Origin: Mycobacterium tuberculosis H37Rv
GTDB lineage: Bacteria > Actinomycetota > Actinomycetes > Mycobacteriales > Mycobacteriaceae
Reading direction: 5' to 3'
Length of the DNA: 32,000 bases
NCBI RefSeq assembly: GCF_000195955.2
Contig: NC_000962.3
Location: 540,001-572,000, forward strand
Shown: positions 1 to 12,025 of the stretch, piece by piece
Layout: every line of letters starts with the position of its first letter
Numbering within the stretch: the first letter of the stretch is position 1
Program-made: the position numbers and the translations under genes
Notes under the pieces: model-generated
What the model was told of the DNA's origin: nothing
Seen by the model: only the letters and a program-made list of their open reading frames with translations
Databases searched by the model: none

Positions 1-1931
<1,931 letters not shown>

Positions 1932-2003
1932 TCACCGGTTGGCAGTGGTACGGCGGACGATACCCAACTTTCAAAATCCGTTCGAGCTGGTCGCTACTTG
2001 AAC

Positions 2004-2022
2004 GCAACTAAGCCTAGCCTAA
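2004..2022. promoter_or_regulatory. Candidate IdeR iron box in the mmpS4 / TetR divergent intergenic region
   Basis: The minus-strand reading is TTAGGCTAGGCTTAGTTGC. That is 13/19 matches to the IdeR consensus TTAGGTTAGGCTAACCTAA as I remember it. It lies about 95-110 bp upstream of the mmpS4 start. The mmpS4-mmpL4 genes are known to be iron-regulated. Confidence 0.35.
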
Positions 2023-2077
2023 GTAAAACATGGTTTTAGGCCCGAGCTCTCGACTCCTTACCTCGTTCGCTGGAGTG

Positions 2078-2098
2078 TAACGCATATCACGTGCGTAA
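2078..2098. promoter_or_regulatory. Imperfect inverted repeat, candidate TetR operator
   Basis: TAACGCA-N7-TGCGTAA (6/7 complementary). Related direct copies are TACGTTATCGG (2107..2117) and TGCGTTATCC (2143..2152, overlapping the likely GTG start of the TetR gene). Function is inferred from position only. Confidence 0.25.
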
Positions 2099-2141
2099 CG
2101 GCACGCTACGTTATCGGCAGCCCTCTTACAAATCACACGGT

Positions 2142-2852
2142 GTGCGTTATCCTCTGGCGGTGGCGCAACTCGGCTTCCAGCGCGCCCGCACCGAGGAAAA
2201 CAAGCGCCAACGTGCGGCGGCGCTGGTGGAAGCCGCGCGGTCGCTGGCGCTGGAGACGGGCGTGGCATCGGTGACGTTAACGGCTGTCGCAGGTCGTGCC
2301 GGGATTCACTACTCTGCGGTGCGCCGCTACTTCACCTCGCACAAAGAAGTGCTGCTGCACCTCGCCGCCGAGGGTTGGGCGCGGTGGTCGGGCACGGTAT
2401 GCGAGCAGCTGGGCGAGCCGGGGCCGATGTCGGCACCGCGGGTGGCCGAGGCACTGGCCAACGGTCTGGCCGCCGATCCGCTGTTTTGTGATCTGCTTGC
2501 CAATCTGCATCTGCATCTCGAGCAGGAGGTGGATGTCGACCGGGTCATCGAGGTCAAGCGGACCAGCATCGCAGCCGTGATAGCGCTCGTCGACGCGATC
2601 GAAAGCGCATTGCCGGCACTCGGGCGTTCTGGGGCATTCGACATCCTGCTGGCCGCTTACTCGCTGGCGGCCACCCTGTGGCAGATCGCCAATCCGCCGG
2701 AGCGGCTCACCGACGCCTATGCCGAGGAGCCAGAGTTGCTCCCACCGGAGTGGAACCTCGACTTTGCTGCCGCGCTTACTCGCCTGCTCACCGCTACGCT
2801 TCTCGGCCTGCTCGCCGGATCCCCATGCGAATGCCGGTCGCCAACGCGCTGA
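2142..2852 (+). CDS. TetR-family transcriptional regulator, divergent from mmpS4 (Rv0452 position)
   Basis: Track ORF 2091..2852. It has a TetR HTH (VTLTAVAGRAGIHYSAVRRYFTSHKEVLL). GTG 2142 gives 236 aa, and GTG 2091 is an alternative start. Confidence 0.85.
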   Translation: MRYPLAVAQLGFQRARTEENKRQRAAALVEAARSLALETGVASVTLTAVAGRAGIHYSAVRRYFTSHKEVLLHLAAEGWARWSGTVCEQLGEPGPMSAPRVAEALANGLAADPLFCDLLANLHLHLEQEVDVDRVIEVKRTSIAAVIALVDAIESALPALGRSGAFDILLAAYSLAATLWQIANPPERLTDAYAEEPELLPPEWNLDFAAALTRLLTATLLGLLAGSPCECRSPTR

Positions 2853-3042
2853 AGCGGGTGCGGGACGAAGGGGGCGCCGGACTTGGGCCCGCTTGGCGGC
2901 GGTAGGTGACCAAACTCACGCTTCTTGGGCGTGCGCCGCAGCCGAACCACGACTATTGCTAGTTGCAAACGATAGTCATAGTCAATTGTTGCCAGACGCA
3001 CAGCTGGTGTTGGCGGGAGTCGCCGATAGAGGAGTGTTCGAC

Positions 3043-3177
3043 ATGACGTTGCACGTCGGTGCCGACGGCCTAGAGACCGCAACTACGGCGCGCGCCGTGG
3101 CGGTCGCTAGGTCCGGAATGGATTGTGTGGCCGGTGATGCGTCAGGGGCGACTTCGTGCCTACGCGGTGAGCTATGA
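3043..3177 (+). CDS. Candidate 44-codon PE-like mini-ORF (probable remnant of a PE partner gene), translationally coupled to PPE11
   Basis: GGAG at 3031..3034, an 8-nt spacer, then ATG at 3043. The peptide is [44 protein letters not shown]. Its TGA at 3175..3177 overlaps the PPE11 ATG as ATGA. The N-terminus resembles short ESX-type PE proteins (MTLRVVPEGLAAASAAVEALTARLAAA, from memory). It is the last 44 codons of track ORF 2719..3177. Confidence 0.4.
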   Translation: MTLHVGADGLETATTARAVAVARSGMDCVAGDASGATSCLRGEL

Positions 3178-4730
3178 CGAGCGCACTGATATGGATGGCC
3201 TCTCCGCCGGAGGTGCATTCGGCCTTGTTGAGTAGTGGGCCGGGGCCGGGGCCGGTACTGGCCGCCGCCACAGGGTGGTCGTCACTGGGCCGTGAATACG
3301 CCGCGGTTGCTGAGGAACTCGGGGCATTGCTGGCTGCGGTGCAAGCCGGGGTGTGGCAGGGGCCCAGCGCCGAATCATTTGCTGCCGCGTGCCTGCCGTA
3401 TCTGTCTTGGTTGACGCAGGCCAGCGCCGACTGCGCCGCGGCGGCTGCCCGGCTGGAGGCGGTGACCGCCGCCTACGCCGCGGCTTTGGTGGCCATGCCC
3501 ACCCTGGCCGAGTTGGCGGCTAACCACGCGACCCACGGGGCCATGGTGGCGACCAATTTCTTCGGGATCAACACCATACCGATCGCGGTCAACGAGGCCG
3601 ACTACGTGCGGATGTGGCTTCAGGCGGCCACCACGATGGCCACCTATCAAGCGGTCGCGGACTCGGCGGTGCGCTCGATCCCGGACAGCGTGCCTCCGCC
3701 GCGAATTCTGAAATCCAATGCCCAATCCCAACACTCGAGCTCGAATAATTCCGGGGGCGCGGACCCGGTGGACGACTTCATTGCAGAGATCTTGAAGATC
3801 ATCACCGGCGGTCGCGTGATCTGGGACCCCGAAGCCGGCACTGTCAACGGCCTCCCCTATGACGCTTATACCAACCCCGGCACACTCATGTGGTGGATTG
3901 CCAGAAGTCTGGAACTTCTTCAAGACTTTCAAGAGTTCGCCAAGCTGCTGTTCACCAATCCGGTGAAGGCTTTTCAGTTCCTTGTCGACCTCATCCTGTT
4001 CGACTGGCCTACACACATGCTGCAGCTGGCTACCTGGCTGGCCGAGAACCCGCAGTTGCTGGTGGCTGCGCTCACCCCAGCCATCTCCGGACTGGGAGCG
4101 GTATCGGGGTTGGCCGGGTTGACCGGCCTAGTCCCTCAGCCCCCCGTCGTGCCCGCGCCGGCACCCGATGCGGTCGTGCCCACCGTGTTGCCACTCGCCG
4201 GGACGGCCACGCCGACTACCGCGCCGGCCAGCGCCCCGGCCGCCGGAGCGGCGCCCGGGCCCCCGGCCGGTACCGCCACTGCCACATCGGCGTCGGTGCC
4301 AACGAGCGCCGGCGGCTTTCCCCCTTACCTCGTGGGCAGCGGTCCAGGCATCGACTTCGACGCGGGGACGCCCGCCGGTTCCAGGAGAGCGCAGCCCGCC
4401 GCGGATAACGTCACGGCCGTGGCGGCAGCGCAGGTGTCGGCCCGTCATCAGGCACGTCGGCGCCGACGAGCGGCGGCGAAGGAACGTGGCAACGCCGACG
4501 AGTTCGTCGATATGGACTCCGGCCCGGCGATTCCGCCGTCGGGCGAGCGGGACGCTTGGGCGTCCAATTCGGGCGTGGGCGGGCTGGGGTTTGCCGGCAC
4601 CGCAAGCAACGAGACGGTGGCAGCGCCGGCCGGATTGACCACGCTGGCCGACGATGAGTTCCAGTGTGGCCCACGGATGCCGATGCTGCCGGGCGCTTGG
4701 GACTTGGGAACTTGGGACCGCGGGGACTGA
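3174..4730 (+). CDS. PPE11: PPE family protein, PPE-PPW type C-terminus
   Basis: 518-aa track ORF. The N-terminal PPE domain reads [24 protein letters not shown]...[32 protein letters not shown] Pro/Ala-rich linker follows. The C-terminal GFAGT and PMLPGAW motifs are typical of the PPW subgroup. Confidence 0.95.
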   Translation: MTSALIWMASPPEVHSALLSSGPGPGPVLAAATGWSSLGREYAAVAEELGALLAAVQAGVWQGPSAESFAAACLPYLSWLTQASADCAAAAARLEAVTAAYAAALVAMPTLAELAANHATHGAMVATNFFGINTIPIAVNEADYVRMWLQAATTMATYQAVADSAVRSIPDSVPPPRILKSNAQSQHSSSNNSGGADPVDDFIAEILKIITGGRVIWDPEAGTVNGLPYDAYTNPGTLMWWIARSLELLQDFQEFAKLLFTNPVKAFQFLVDLILFDWPTHMLQLATWLAENPQLLVAALTPAISGLGAVSGLAGLTGLVPQPPVVPAPAPDAVVPTVLPLAGTATPTTAPASAPAAGAAPGPPAGTATATSASVPTSAGGFPPYLVGSGPGIDFDAGTPAGSRRAQPAADNVTAVAAAQVSARHQARRRRRAAAKERGNADEFVDMDSGPAIPPSGERDAWASNSGVGGLGFAGTASNETVAAPAGLTTLADDEFQCGPRMPMLPGAWDLGTWDRGD

Positions 4731-4735
4731 TTACC

Positions 4736-5059
4736 CTACAACGCAGCGACGTCGCGCATGATGTCGGTGGGTTCGCGCACCGGCGCCCCACAGGTCAGGC
4801 AGAACGCGCCCGGGGAACGGGTGAGCCGACCGACTTGAAGCAGGACTTTGGCCTCGACGTGCCACAAGCAGGCAATGCACAGAATTTCGACGGTGTTCCC
4901 GAATGGGTCCAGGTCGGGGTCGTTACATTCGTCTACCGCATGCAGATGCACCACGTAACTCGCCCGGTTGGTGCACCCGGCTCCGGACTGGCAGGTGATT
5001 CCACCCCAGTCCAGGGCCGCCAGCGTGTGTGGGATCTCGTTGCCGGGCGCTTGACTCAT
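4736..5059 (-). CDS. Candidate Cys-rich small protein (107 aa, two CxxC pairs), preferred reading of this locus
   Basis: This is the C-terminal part of track ORF 4736..5290. ATG 5059 is preceded by GGAGCGCGGCGC. The peptide is MSQAPGNEIPHTLAALDWGGITCQSGAGCTNRASYVVHLHAVDECNDPDLDPFGNTVEILCIACLWHVEAKVLLQVGRLTRSPGAFCLTCGAPVREPTDIMRDVAAL. My hand-counted GC3 is about 78%, above GC1 at about 70%, which is the expected order for real genes in this genome. It runs in the same direction as the upstream secreted-protein and echA2 genes. Confidence 0.5.
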   Translation of the reverse strand: MSQAPGNEIPHTLAALDWGGITCQSGAGCTNRASYVVHLHAVDECNDPDLDPFGNTVEILCIACLWHVEAKVLLQVGRLTRSPGAFCLTCGAPVREPTDIMRDVAAL

Positions 5060-5185
5060 GCGCCGCGCTCCAGTGTCCAGGCCATGCGGCCCACGATGTT
5101 TACCTCTGCCCCGCAACGGCATGGTATCCCGGCGCGTGGCCGGTGGTGGCTGGGCTACCAAGAGCGAAGTCGGGCATGGCCTTAG
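4835..5185 (+). CDS. Alternative opposite-strand ORF (116 aa, TTG start), probably a shadow frame. As I recall, the reference annotation places a hypothetical protein (Rv0454) here.
   Basis: Part of track ORF 4664..5185. Its codon position 3 coincides with position 1 of the minus ORF, and its GC3 (about 70%) is lower than its GC1. The tail is Arg/Trp-rich (GIPARGRWWLGYQERSRAWP), and I found no recognisable motif or SD. It is listed because it cannot be excluded without comparative data. Confidence 0.25.
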   Translation: MKQDFGLDVPQAGNAQNFDGVPEWVQVGVVTFVYRMQMHHVTRPVGAPGSGLAGDSTPVQGRQRVWDLVAGRLTHAPRSSVQAMRPTMFTSAPQRHGIPARGRWWLGYQERSRAWP

Positions 5186-5374
5186 TCCTAGTGGTACGCG
5201 ATAGGTCGTCGAATTCCGTGGGTGATGGATATGACTATTTCGTAGCTGGTCGCCAGAATCAATCCGCCGAACGGCGGCTGATGGGCCCAACGGGCTGTCC
5301 CCCGAATGGTGGACAACATTTCCGGGTTCGTTGCAAACGACCGCGCTTTGACGCCGGTTAGCTTTAGGCCGGAC

Positions 5375-6803
<1,429 letters not shown>

Positions 6804-6965
6804 AGCAGCAGCGAAGTCACTTCGGCCCTAAGGGTCAAGTGTCTCAGCGGGGATCGTGATAACGCCGCTGGTTCGAAGCTTCGGCCAACCCGGGCGCAGG
6901 GTTTCGCTAGCTGGCATTTGCATGCCTCGGGCATCGGTGTCCGGTTGCGCTCTTTGCTCCGACGT

Positions 6966-6987
6966 TAGCCGCAGGGCCCTGCGGCTA
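6966..6987. terminator. Perfect 22-bp palindrome (9-bp stem, GGCC loop), likely a terminator or boundary element downstream of mazF1
   Basis: TAGCCGCAGGGCCCTGCGGCTA is its own reverse complement. It lies 48 nt downstream of the reconstructed mazF stop and upstream of the echA2 promoter region. Confidence 0.4.
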
Positions 6988-7034
6988 GGCGCGGCCGGTG
7001 CCGTTGGCCGCGGCGGCAATCGATGTTGCAGCAG

Positions 7035-7357
7035 TTACAACGCCAAATGGAGTCTGAGCGCATCGTCGAGTTCGATCAGCTCGGCAGGGGAGACGTTGCG
7101 CAGCGACGGATCCAACCTGCTGGGCCTGCGCCTTCGAATCGACGGCCAGGCCACCGCTCGCTGCCGGCAACAACACCTGGAATGGGGACCTTTTCGGTGT
7201 TGCTGGTAACCGGGACAACCGGCACCACGCCTCGGTCGAGACGTATCGCGGCAGCGTTGGCCCTGTCGTTGCTGACAATTACCGCTGGCCGCCGCATATT
7301 TGCCGCGCTGCCGCGGGCCGGATCCAGGTCGACCTGCCAGATCTCACCGCGCAGCAT
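7035..7357 (-). pseudogene. mazF1: MazF-family endoribonuclease toxin whose reading frame is disrupted twice. The annotated-size ORF is 7076..7357 (93 aa).
   Basis: Frame 1 (ORF 7076..7357) reads MLRGEIWQVDLDPARGSAANMRRPAVIVSNDRANAAAIRLDRGVVPVVPVTSNTEKV, then non-homologous sequence. Frame 2 (inside ORF 6985..7278) carries PFQVLLPAASGGLAVDSKAQAQQVGSVAAQRL. Frame 3 carries AELIELDDALRLHLAL followed by TAA at 7037..7035. Together these give the canonical MazF/PemK order of motifs. Confidence 0.75.
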
Positions 7358-7462
7358 CTACGCCGTTCGCTGCAAACCGCCGACTGCGACGGCAGGCCCA
7401 CTCTCTTGGCATGCGTCCAATGCTGCGACGTCCTCGGTAGACAAGCTCACGCTTGGCTTCAT
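7358..7462 (-). CDS. mazE1: Ribbon-helix-helix antitoxin remnant (34 codons), directly abutting mazF1
   Basis: ATG 7462 opens MKPSVSLSTEDVAALDACQESGPAVAVGGLQRTA, with TAG at 7360..7358 immediately followed by the mazF ATG (TAGATG). An in-frame TAG 12 nt upstream limits the ORF. The N-terminal beta-strand and helix (SVSLSxEDVAxLDA) are typical of RHH antitoxins, but the expected roughly 40-aa toxin-binding C-terminal half is absent. Confidence 0.5.
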   Translation of the reverse strand: MKPSVSLSTEDVAALDACQESGPAVAVGGLQRTA

Positions 7463-7480
7463 GCCGCAGTCCTACCCATG

Positions 7481-7520
7481 TAGTAACAGATAGTAATACG
7501 TAGTAATAGGTAGTAATGCA
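7481..7520. repeat. Four tandem 10-bp repeats TAGTAA(C/T)NNN immediately upstream of mazE1, candidate operator/promoter
   Basis: The units are TAGTAACAGA TAGTAATACG TAGTAATAGG TAGTAATGCA, with exact 10-bp phasing. The tract is AT-rich in a GC-rich genome. It ends 18 nt before the mazE1 ATG on the other strand. Confidence 0.85.
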
Positions 7521-7585
7521 GTATCAATCGGCTACAACTCGATAGCCACGTTATTTGGGCTAAGTCCACCGTTCGTGAATGCCGG

Positions 7586-9607
7586 TTAGCCGGCCAGCAT
7601 CCGCCATAGGAACGCGAAACTCAGCGCCGATTTGAATGCGATCTGTGCGTTGTCGGCTGCGCCGGCGTGCCCACCCTCGATGTTTTCGTAATACCAGACG
7701 GGGTGGCCCGCAGCCTGCAGGGCCGCCGTCATTTTGCGGGCGTGGCCGGGGTGCACCCGATCGTCGCGGGTAGAGGTCGTCATGAGTACTGGCGGGTATT
7801 TCCGGTTCGCCGAAATGTTTTGGTATGGCGAATATTCAGAGATGAACTTCCAGTCATCCGGGTTATCCGGATCGCCGTATTCGGCCATCCAGGAAGCGCC
7901 GGCCAGCAGCAGGTGGTACCGCTTCATGTCCAGCAGCGGCACGTCGCAGACCAGCGCGCCGAACTTCTCCGGGTACCCGGTCAACATGATGCCCATCAGC
8001 AGCCCACCGTTGCTGCCGCCCCGCGCGCCGAGCTGCTCAGCGGTGGTGATGCCGCGGGTCACCAAATCGGTTGCCACGGCGGCGAAGTCTTGGGCGACCT
8101 TGTCCCGGCCCTCGCGCATCGCCTGCGTGTGCCAGCCAGGCCCGTACTCGCCGCCGCCGCGGATGTTGGCCAACGCATAGGTGCCCCCGCGGGCCAGCCA
8201 CAGCCGGCCCAGGACGCCGTCATACGTCGGCGTTCTGGATGTCTCGAATCCACCGTAGCCGTTCAACAATGTGGGGCCGGGATTGTCCGCGTCGGTGCGT
8301 CGCACGACGAAATACGGGATCGATGTGCCATCGTCTGATGTCGCGAAATACTGTGTTACAGCCATGTTTTCCGCGTCGAAGAAAGCTGGCGCAGATTTGA
8401 TCTCTGCTAGTCGGCCGTCATCGGTGCCGCGCATCAGCCGCGACGGCGTATCGAATCCACTGGAGTCGAGGAAGAACTCGTCGCCGTGGCTGTCGGCGGA
8501 GACGATGACGGTGTTGGTGGCGGCGGGGATACCTGAGAGTGGCTCACGTCGCCAGCTGCCGGGAGTTGCGATCTCGACGCGGCTCGCCACGTCGGCCAGG
8601 GTGACGATCAACAGCCGGTCTCGGGTCCAGGCGTATTGGTACAGCGCGGTGTGCTCGTCGGGTTCGAACACCACCTGTAATTCCGCTGAGCCGGCAAGGA
8701 ATTCGTCGTATTCGGCGGCCAGCAGTGAGCCGGCAGTGTACCTGGTGGTGGCCACGGTCCAGTCGGTGCGCAGCTCGATCAACAGCCAGTCGCGGTGAAT
8801 TGACACGCTCGCGTCGGTGGGGGCTTCGATTCGGATCAGCTCCGAACCACGCAATTCGTAGACCTCTTCGTTCCAGAAGTCGAGGGCCCGTCCCAGCAGG
8901 GTGCGCTCGAATCCGGGCGTGCGATCCGCTGACGCGTTGACGCGGACGTCGGTGCCCGCGCCCTCGAAGATTGTCTCCGCATCGGCCAGCGGTTTGCCCC
9001 GGCGCCATCGCTTGATCACTCGCGGATAGCCGGAAGTGGTGAGCGAGTCGCCGCCGAAGTCGGTGCCCAGCAAGACAGTGTCCGGGTCCTCCCAGGTAAT
9101 CTGGGATTTGGCCGGTGGCAGCTGGAACCCATCCTCGACGAATTCGCGTGTCAGCATGTCGAATTCACGCACAATGGATGCATCCGAGCCGCCCGGGGAC
9201 AGGCCGATCAGCGCGCGCGTGTAGTCGGGTTCGATGACACCGGCGCCGCCCCACACCCACTTCTGGTCGTCGGCGCGGCCCAGTTCATCAACATCGATCA
9301 GCACATCCCAGCCCGGCGAGTCGGTGCGGTAGCTGTCCAGCGTGGTGCGCCGCCACAACCCGCGGGGGTTGGCGGCATCGCGCCAGAAGTTGTAGAGATA
9401 GTTGCCGCGCCTGTTCACATAGGGGATTCGGGCATCGGTGTCGAGCACCTCGAGCGCCTCGACGCGCATCCGCTCGAACTCTGCGTCGCAGAACGCCGCC
9501 GTTGTCGGCTTGTTGCGCGCGCGTACCCAATCCAGCGCTTCCGCACCGGTGACGTCCTCGAGCCATAGGTAGGGGTCAGCGCCGTCTGGGGCAGGCTCAA
9601 ATGTCAT
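7586..9607 (-). CDS. Prolyl oligopeptidase family serine peptidase (S9)
   Basis: Track ORF 7586..9616. It has a beta-propeller N-terminal region and a C-terminal alpha/beta hydrolase domain with the nucleophile motif GGSNGGLLMG and the HPGHARK...GGH region. Both ATG 9616 and ATG 9607 are possible starts. Confidence 0.92.
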   Translation of the reverse strand: MTFEPAPDGADPYLWLEDVTGAEALDWVRARNKPTTAAFCDAEFERMRVEALEVLDTDARIPYVNRRGNYLYNFWRDAANPRGLWRRTTLDSYRTDSPGWDVLIDVDELGRADDQKWVWGGAGVIEPDYTRALIGLSPGGSDASIVREFDMLTREFVEDGFQLPPAKSQITWEDPDTVLLGTDFGGDSLTTSGYPRVIKRWRRGKPLADAETIFEGAGTDVRVNASADRTPGFERTLLGRALDFWNEEVYELRGSELIRIEAPTDASVSIHRDWLLIELRTDWTVATTRYTAGSLLAAEYDEFLAGSAELQVVFEPDEHTALYQYAWTRDRLLIVTLADVASRVEIATPGSWRREPLSGIPAATNTVIVSADSHGDEFFLDSSGFDTPSRLMRGTDDGRLAEIKSAPAFFDAENMAVTQYFATSDDGTSIPYFVVRRTDADNPGPTLLNGYGGFETSRTPTYDGVLGRLWLARGGTYALANIRGGGEYGPGWHTQAMREGRDKVAQDFAAVATDLVTRGITTAEQLGARGGSNGGLLMGIMLTGYPEKFGALVCDVPLLDMKRYHLLLAGASWMAEYGDPDNPDDWKFISEYSPYQNISANRKYPPVLMTTSTRDDRVHPGHARKMTAALQAAGHPVWYYENIEGGHAGAADNAQIAFKSALSFAFLWRMLAG

Positions 9608-9674
9608 GGAAGCCATTGTGGCCCCGGCGGTAGTGTGAGCTGTATTACATGATTTTGACGAGGAGCCGAATACG

Positions 9675-11197
<1,523 letters not shown>

Positions 11198-11198
<1 letters not shown>

Positions 11199-11689
11199 TG
11201 AACGCTCCCGCGGGGGTGCTCATCACCGCCGAGGCCGCCGCGCTGCTGGCTGGGTTACAGGACCGGCACGGTCCGGTGATGTTCCACCAATCCGGCGGCT
11301 GCTGCGACGGGTCCGCGCCGATGTGCTACCCGCGGGCGGACTTCCTGGTCGGTGACCGCGACATCTTGCTGGGTGTGTTGGACGTCGGGGAAGACGGCGT
11401 GCCGGTGTGGATTTCGGGCCCGCAGTACCAGGCCTGGAAGCACACCCAGCTGATCATCGACGTGGTGCCGGGCCGCGGTGGCGGGTTCAGTCTGGAAGCG
11501 CCCGAGGGCGTGCGCTTTCTCAGCAGAGGTCGGGTGTTCAGCGACGCCGAAAAGGCGATGCGGGAGGCTGCGCCGGTGATCACCGGCGCAGCCTACGAGT
11601 GCGGCGAACGACCGTTAGTGCGGGGTCTTGTCGTCGATCTCGACGATCCAGATGCCACGCCGGGAGTGTGCCGCGCCAGTCGGCGGTAG
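11198..11689 (+). CDS. DUF779-family protein, the usual partner of acetaldehyde-type dehydrogenases
   Basis: 163-aa track ORF. Its ATG overlaps the ALDH TGA (TGATG). The motif FHQSGGCCDGSAPMCY is characteristic of DUF779. Confidence 0.88.
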
Positions 11690-11748
11690 CCGCAGTAAGG
11701 TCGTAGACCGTGATCCCCCTTCCGCGGTCATGGCAGCTGACCAGCGCG

Positions 11749-11988
11749 ATGCTGGTTGGTAATGCGATCGGACTGCTAGCGGGGGTGGCGTGCAGCGTGC
11801 TGGTGCATGCCCGGATCCGTCCGGACATCGTCATCGCAATGGTAGTCGGGATTCCCAGCGCGATCGGGCTGCTGGTCATCCTGTTCTCCGGACGTCGATG
11901 GGTGACGATGCTGGGCGCGTTCATCCTGGCGTTGGCGCCGGGTTGGTTTGGTGTGCTGGTTGCGATCCAGGTGGCGTCCAGTGGCTGA
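11749..11988 (+). CDS. Small hydrophobic membrane protein (about 79 aa)
   Basis: Track ORF 11710..11988. Three predicted TM stretches (MLVGNAIGLLAGVACSVLV, IVIAMVVGIPSAIGLLVILF, MLGAFILALAPGWFGVLVAI). The start is ATG 11749 or GTG 11710. Confidence 0.7.
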   Translation: MLVGNAIGLLAGVACSVLVHARIRPDIVIAMVVGIPSAIGLLVILFSGRRWVTMLGAFILALAPGWFGVLVAIQVASSG

Positions 11989-12025
11989 CAACGATTACCG
12001 GTCGGCACCCGGAACCGAGCCGTTT

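Noticed and set aside
2719-3042. The long upstream part of + ORF 2719..3177
   Set aside because: It overlaps the 3' end of the TetR gene in another frame and has no start context. Only the last 44 codons (from the SD-led ATG 3043) were kept as a candidate.
3375-4016. 213-aa minus-strand ORF antisense to PPE11, and the other 100-170-aa ORFs overlapping 3890..4791
   Set aside because: They overlap the well-supported PPE11 frame. Their low-complexity Arg/Gly/Pro composition arises from the Ala/Pro-rich PPE linker read in other frames.
7481-7520. Possibility that the TAGTAA repeats or the 56-bp repeats (29808..29985) are CRISPR arrays
   Set aside because: The TAGTAA units are 10 bp with 3-4-bp variable parts. 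The 56-bp units are directly abutting with no unique spacers. No cas genes are nearby. Neither fits CRISPR architecture.
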